DNA from: Pyrodictium delaneyi
Lineage (GTDB): Archaea > Thermoproteota > Thermoprotei_A > Sulfolobales > Pyrodictiaceae
Assembly: GCF_001412615.1 (NCBI RefSeq)
Contig: NZ_CP013011.1
Coordinates: 60,001 to 92,000, forward strand
DNA length: 32,000 nt
Direction of reading: 5' to 3'
Below the pieces are notes generated by a model. That model saw nothing but the letters and a program-made list of their open reading frames with translations, did no database searches and was not told the origin of the DNA. Shown one piece after another: positions 30,409 to 32,000 of this stretch (position 1 is its first letter; each line of letters starts with the position of its first letter). Position numbers and translations under genes: made by a program.

Positions 30409-31385
30409 CCGCCTAGCTCCTCCACTGCTTTTTCCACTAGACGCTTAGCATAGTACAACCTTGCTCTAGGCCAGAAGAAAGCCAGTACCTTATAGTATAG
30501 GGGCATCTCCAGAGGAGCACCAGCTGCACGCGGGTGGCCACCACCACCGAGTCTCACGGCTATCTCTCGCACGTTGATGTTCCGGGAGCGAAGGCTTATG
30601 CCGCGCCCCTTGCGCCTCACGATAACAGCGATGTCTCCAGAGTAGCGGTCGAGAAGACTATTCCCTAGGATACTAGCGTTAGGTGGACCGGAGCGTTTAA
30701 GCACAAACAGTATACGGCAACCACGTATATCAGCTACAATAACGTTTCTCAGCGCCTCGTTGAACCCGGCAAACTCTTTCTCCAGGTACTCGTTAAGAGC
30801 ATCATCGAGTTCTGGCCACCAAAAACTGCCCTCCCAGAAGCCACGTAGTATCATGCGCTTCCACTTGTCGCCTTTCCCGCCACGGTAACGGTCTATAACG
30901 CGATACAGGCGGGGTGCAAGCGGGTCGTCCCACTTCCATAGGTCGGCTGCACATGTCGCCCTGACAAGTCTTGTTATGAAATCGTCGGGCTCTGCTTCGA
31001 GTTCTTGTGGTGCGTACTTAGCAACAACACCAGCAGCACAAGTGGAGGTGTCTATATAGGCTTTGACGCCTAGCGATTTTAGGCTTTTTATCCACTCTTC
31101 TTTCCACCGGTGATGGTCGTACCACTCTACTACTATACCCTTCTTCCTTAAAGCAGCTATGGAGTTGAGTACATCGTTAAACGTGCCAGTATTTGGACCC
31201 AGATCCATTATTGCCATTCTAGCTGTGTCACCTATATCGGGTAGCACGCGGTGTAACTTGTAGGGCTCAGCAAATATCACAGATGCATCCACGTCAGGCT
31301 CTGCGCCGGCTAGACGTAGATATATAGCGGCTGCAGCAATACCGTCTAGATCAGTATGAGTGATTATTGTATAGCGTTGTGTCAC
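30387..31385 (-). CDS. DHH/DHHA1 phosphoesterase (NrnA/RecJ-like)
   Basis: ITHTDLDGIAAAAIY (motif I/II) and GGGGHPRAAG (the DHHA1 GGGH motif). Confidence 0.75.
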   Translation of the reverse strand: MTQRYTIITHTDLDGIAAAAIYLRLAGAEPDVDASVIFAEPYKLHRVLPDIGDTARMAIMDLGPNTGTFNDVLNSIAALRKKGIVVEWYDHHRWKEEWIKSLKSLGVKAYIDTSTCAAGVVAKYAPQELEAEPDDFITRLVRATCAADLWKWDDPLAPRLYRVIDRYRGGKGDKWKRMILRGFWEGSFWWPELDDALNEYLEKEFAGFNEALRNVIVADIRGCRILFVLKRSGPPNASILGNSLLDRYSGDIAVIVRRKGRGISLRSRNINVREIAVRLGGGGHPRAAGAPLEMPLYYKVLAFFWPRARLYYAKRLVEKAVEELGGCPALQE

Positions 31386-31699
31386 GCCGCATTCCTCCCC
31401 TTCTCAGACCCCAGTTATGTTGGCGGAGCTAATCATCCGTGCCCCTATAGGTGTTCAGCTCGCCTCCAGTGTTTCGAGCATAAACTGTGTGGCCTAGAAG
31501 AGCCTTGGTTAGTAATGTAGAGCCTCAGCGACGCCGACCCCGCTCATAGCCCCGGGAGTGGGGCTCACGCCGGTGTCTATCTTCACCGGCTACTCGCCAA
31601 GATGGATATAGGCTAGCATCGCCACTCCTAATATAGTATCACGCTATTGCCGAGAGGAAGGGAGTTCAAGGCTGCGGCATAGAAGGGTGTATAAAGGCC

Positions 31700-32000
31700 T
31701 TGGTTATAGTCGATAGGGCTCGAATATCATCCGTAGCCCGAGCGCTAAGAAATATACCGGCTTCCGCAATCGACGTCATAGAGCTCAATGACCCTCAGTA
31801 CGTGGCAGTAAAGAAGCTAGTATATGTGCACGGAGATAGAGCTGTCGCGTTTGCAGTAGCTAACGCATTAGTCAGCTATAGGCTTAGCTTGCCTGGCGAG
31901 AGGTACTGGTTAGAATTCGCTGAATGGGCTTCACGTATCCAGACCCCCTCCACCGGCAAGGATCTGGTAGACGCTATGAAGCTCTTCCTTGCAGAGAGCC
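31700..32000 (+). CDS. AGOG-like N-glycosylase/DNA lyase, N-terminal part (runs off the window)
   Basis: My own translation from TTG at 31700: ..VIVDRARISSVARALRNIP..LNDPQYVAVKKLVYVHGDRAVAFAVANALVSYRLSLPGERYWLEFAEW.. The NALVSY-L...GE-YW segment recalls archaeal 8-oxoG glycosylase. The start is uncertain. Confidence 0.4.
   Translation, partial: MVIVDRARISSVARALRNIPASAIDVIELNDPQYVAVKKLVYVHGDRAVAFAVANALVSYRLSLPGERYWLEFAEWASRIQTPSTGKDLVDAMKLFLAES

Noticed and set aside
1-32000. CRISPR arrays, IS elements or rRNA genes.
   Set aside because: I saw no regularly spaced direct repeats, transposase-like ORFs with terminal inverted repeats, or rRNA-like conserved blocks on either strand.

Overview
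The window looks like the chromosome of a hyperthermophilic crenarchaeon, possibly Desulfurococcales-like; no species can be assigned from sequence alone. Supporting features are ribosomal proteins L38e and S8e, TFB, Gar1, a TFE-beta-like factor, a short XPF, an intron-containing tRNA, and GGTGA-type Shine-Dalgarno boxes. The main feature is a 14.2-kb integrated provirus-like element at 2706-16989. It is bounded by a perfect 45-bp direct repeat equal to nucleotides 1-45 of tRNA-Thr(GGU). Its SSV-type tyrosine integrase gene was split by the integration. The N-terminal part sits at the left end and the catalytic part at the right end, and my translation shows they rejoin in frame across the att core. 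The element is visibly more GC-rich than its flanks. It carries a dense regulator cluster (two RHH, three wHTH, one Zn-ribbon protein), an Hjc-like nuclease candidate and a P-loop ATPase. It also carries two divergent operons rich in secreted and membrane proteins. These include 3 tandem paralogous small single-pass proteins plus a start-less fourth copy, and an 818-aa heavily sequon-decorated anchored glycoprotein. I could not recognise a polymerase, Rep or known capsid fold. Flanking DNA (1-2705 and 16990-32000) is ordinary housekeeping: PAC2, a PUA protein, tRNA-Pro, MetE, Trm1, PanE, an m5C RNA methyltransferase, an M24 peptidase, ferredoxin, a DHH phosphoesterase and AGOG. All functional calls rest on motif reading and memory of protein families; no searches were run.
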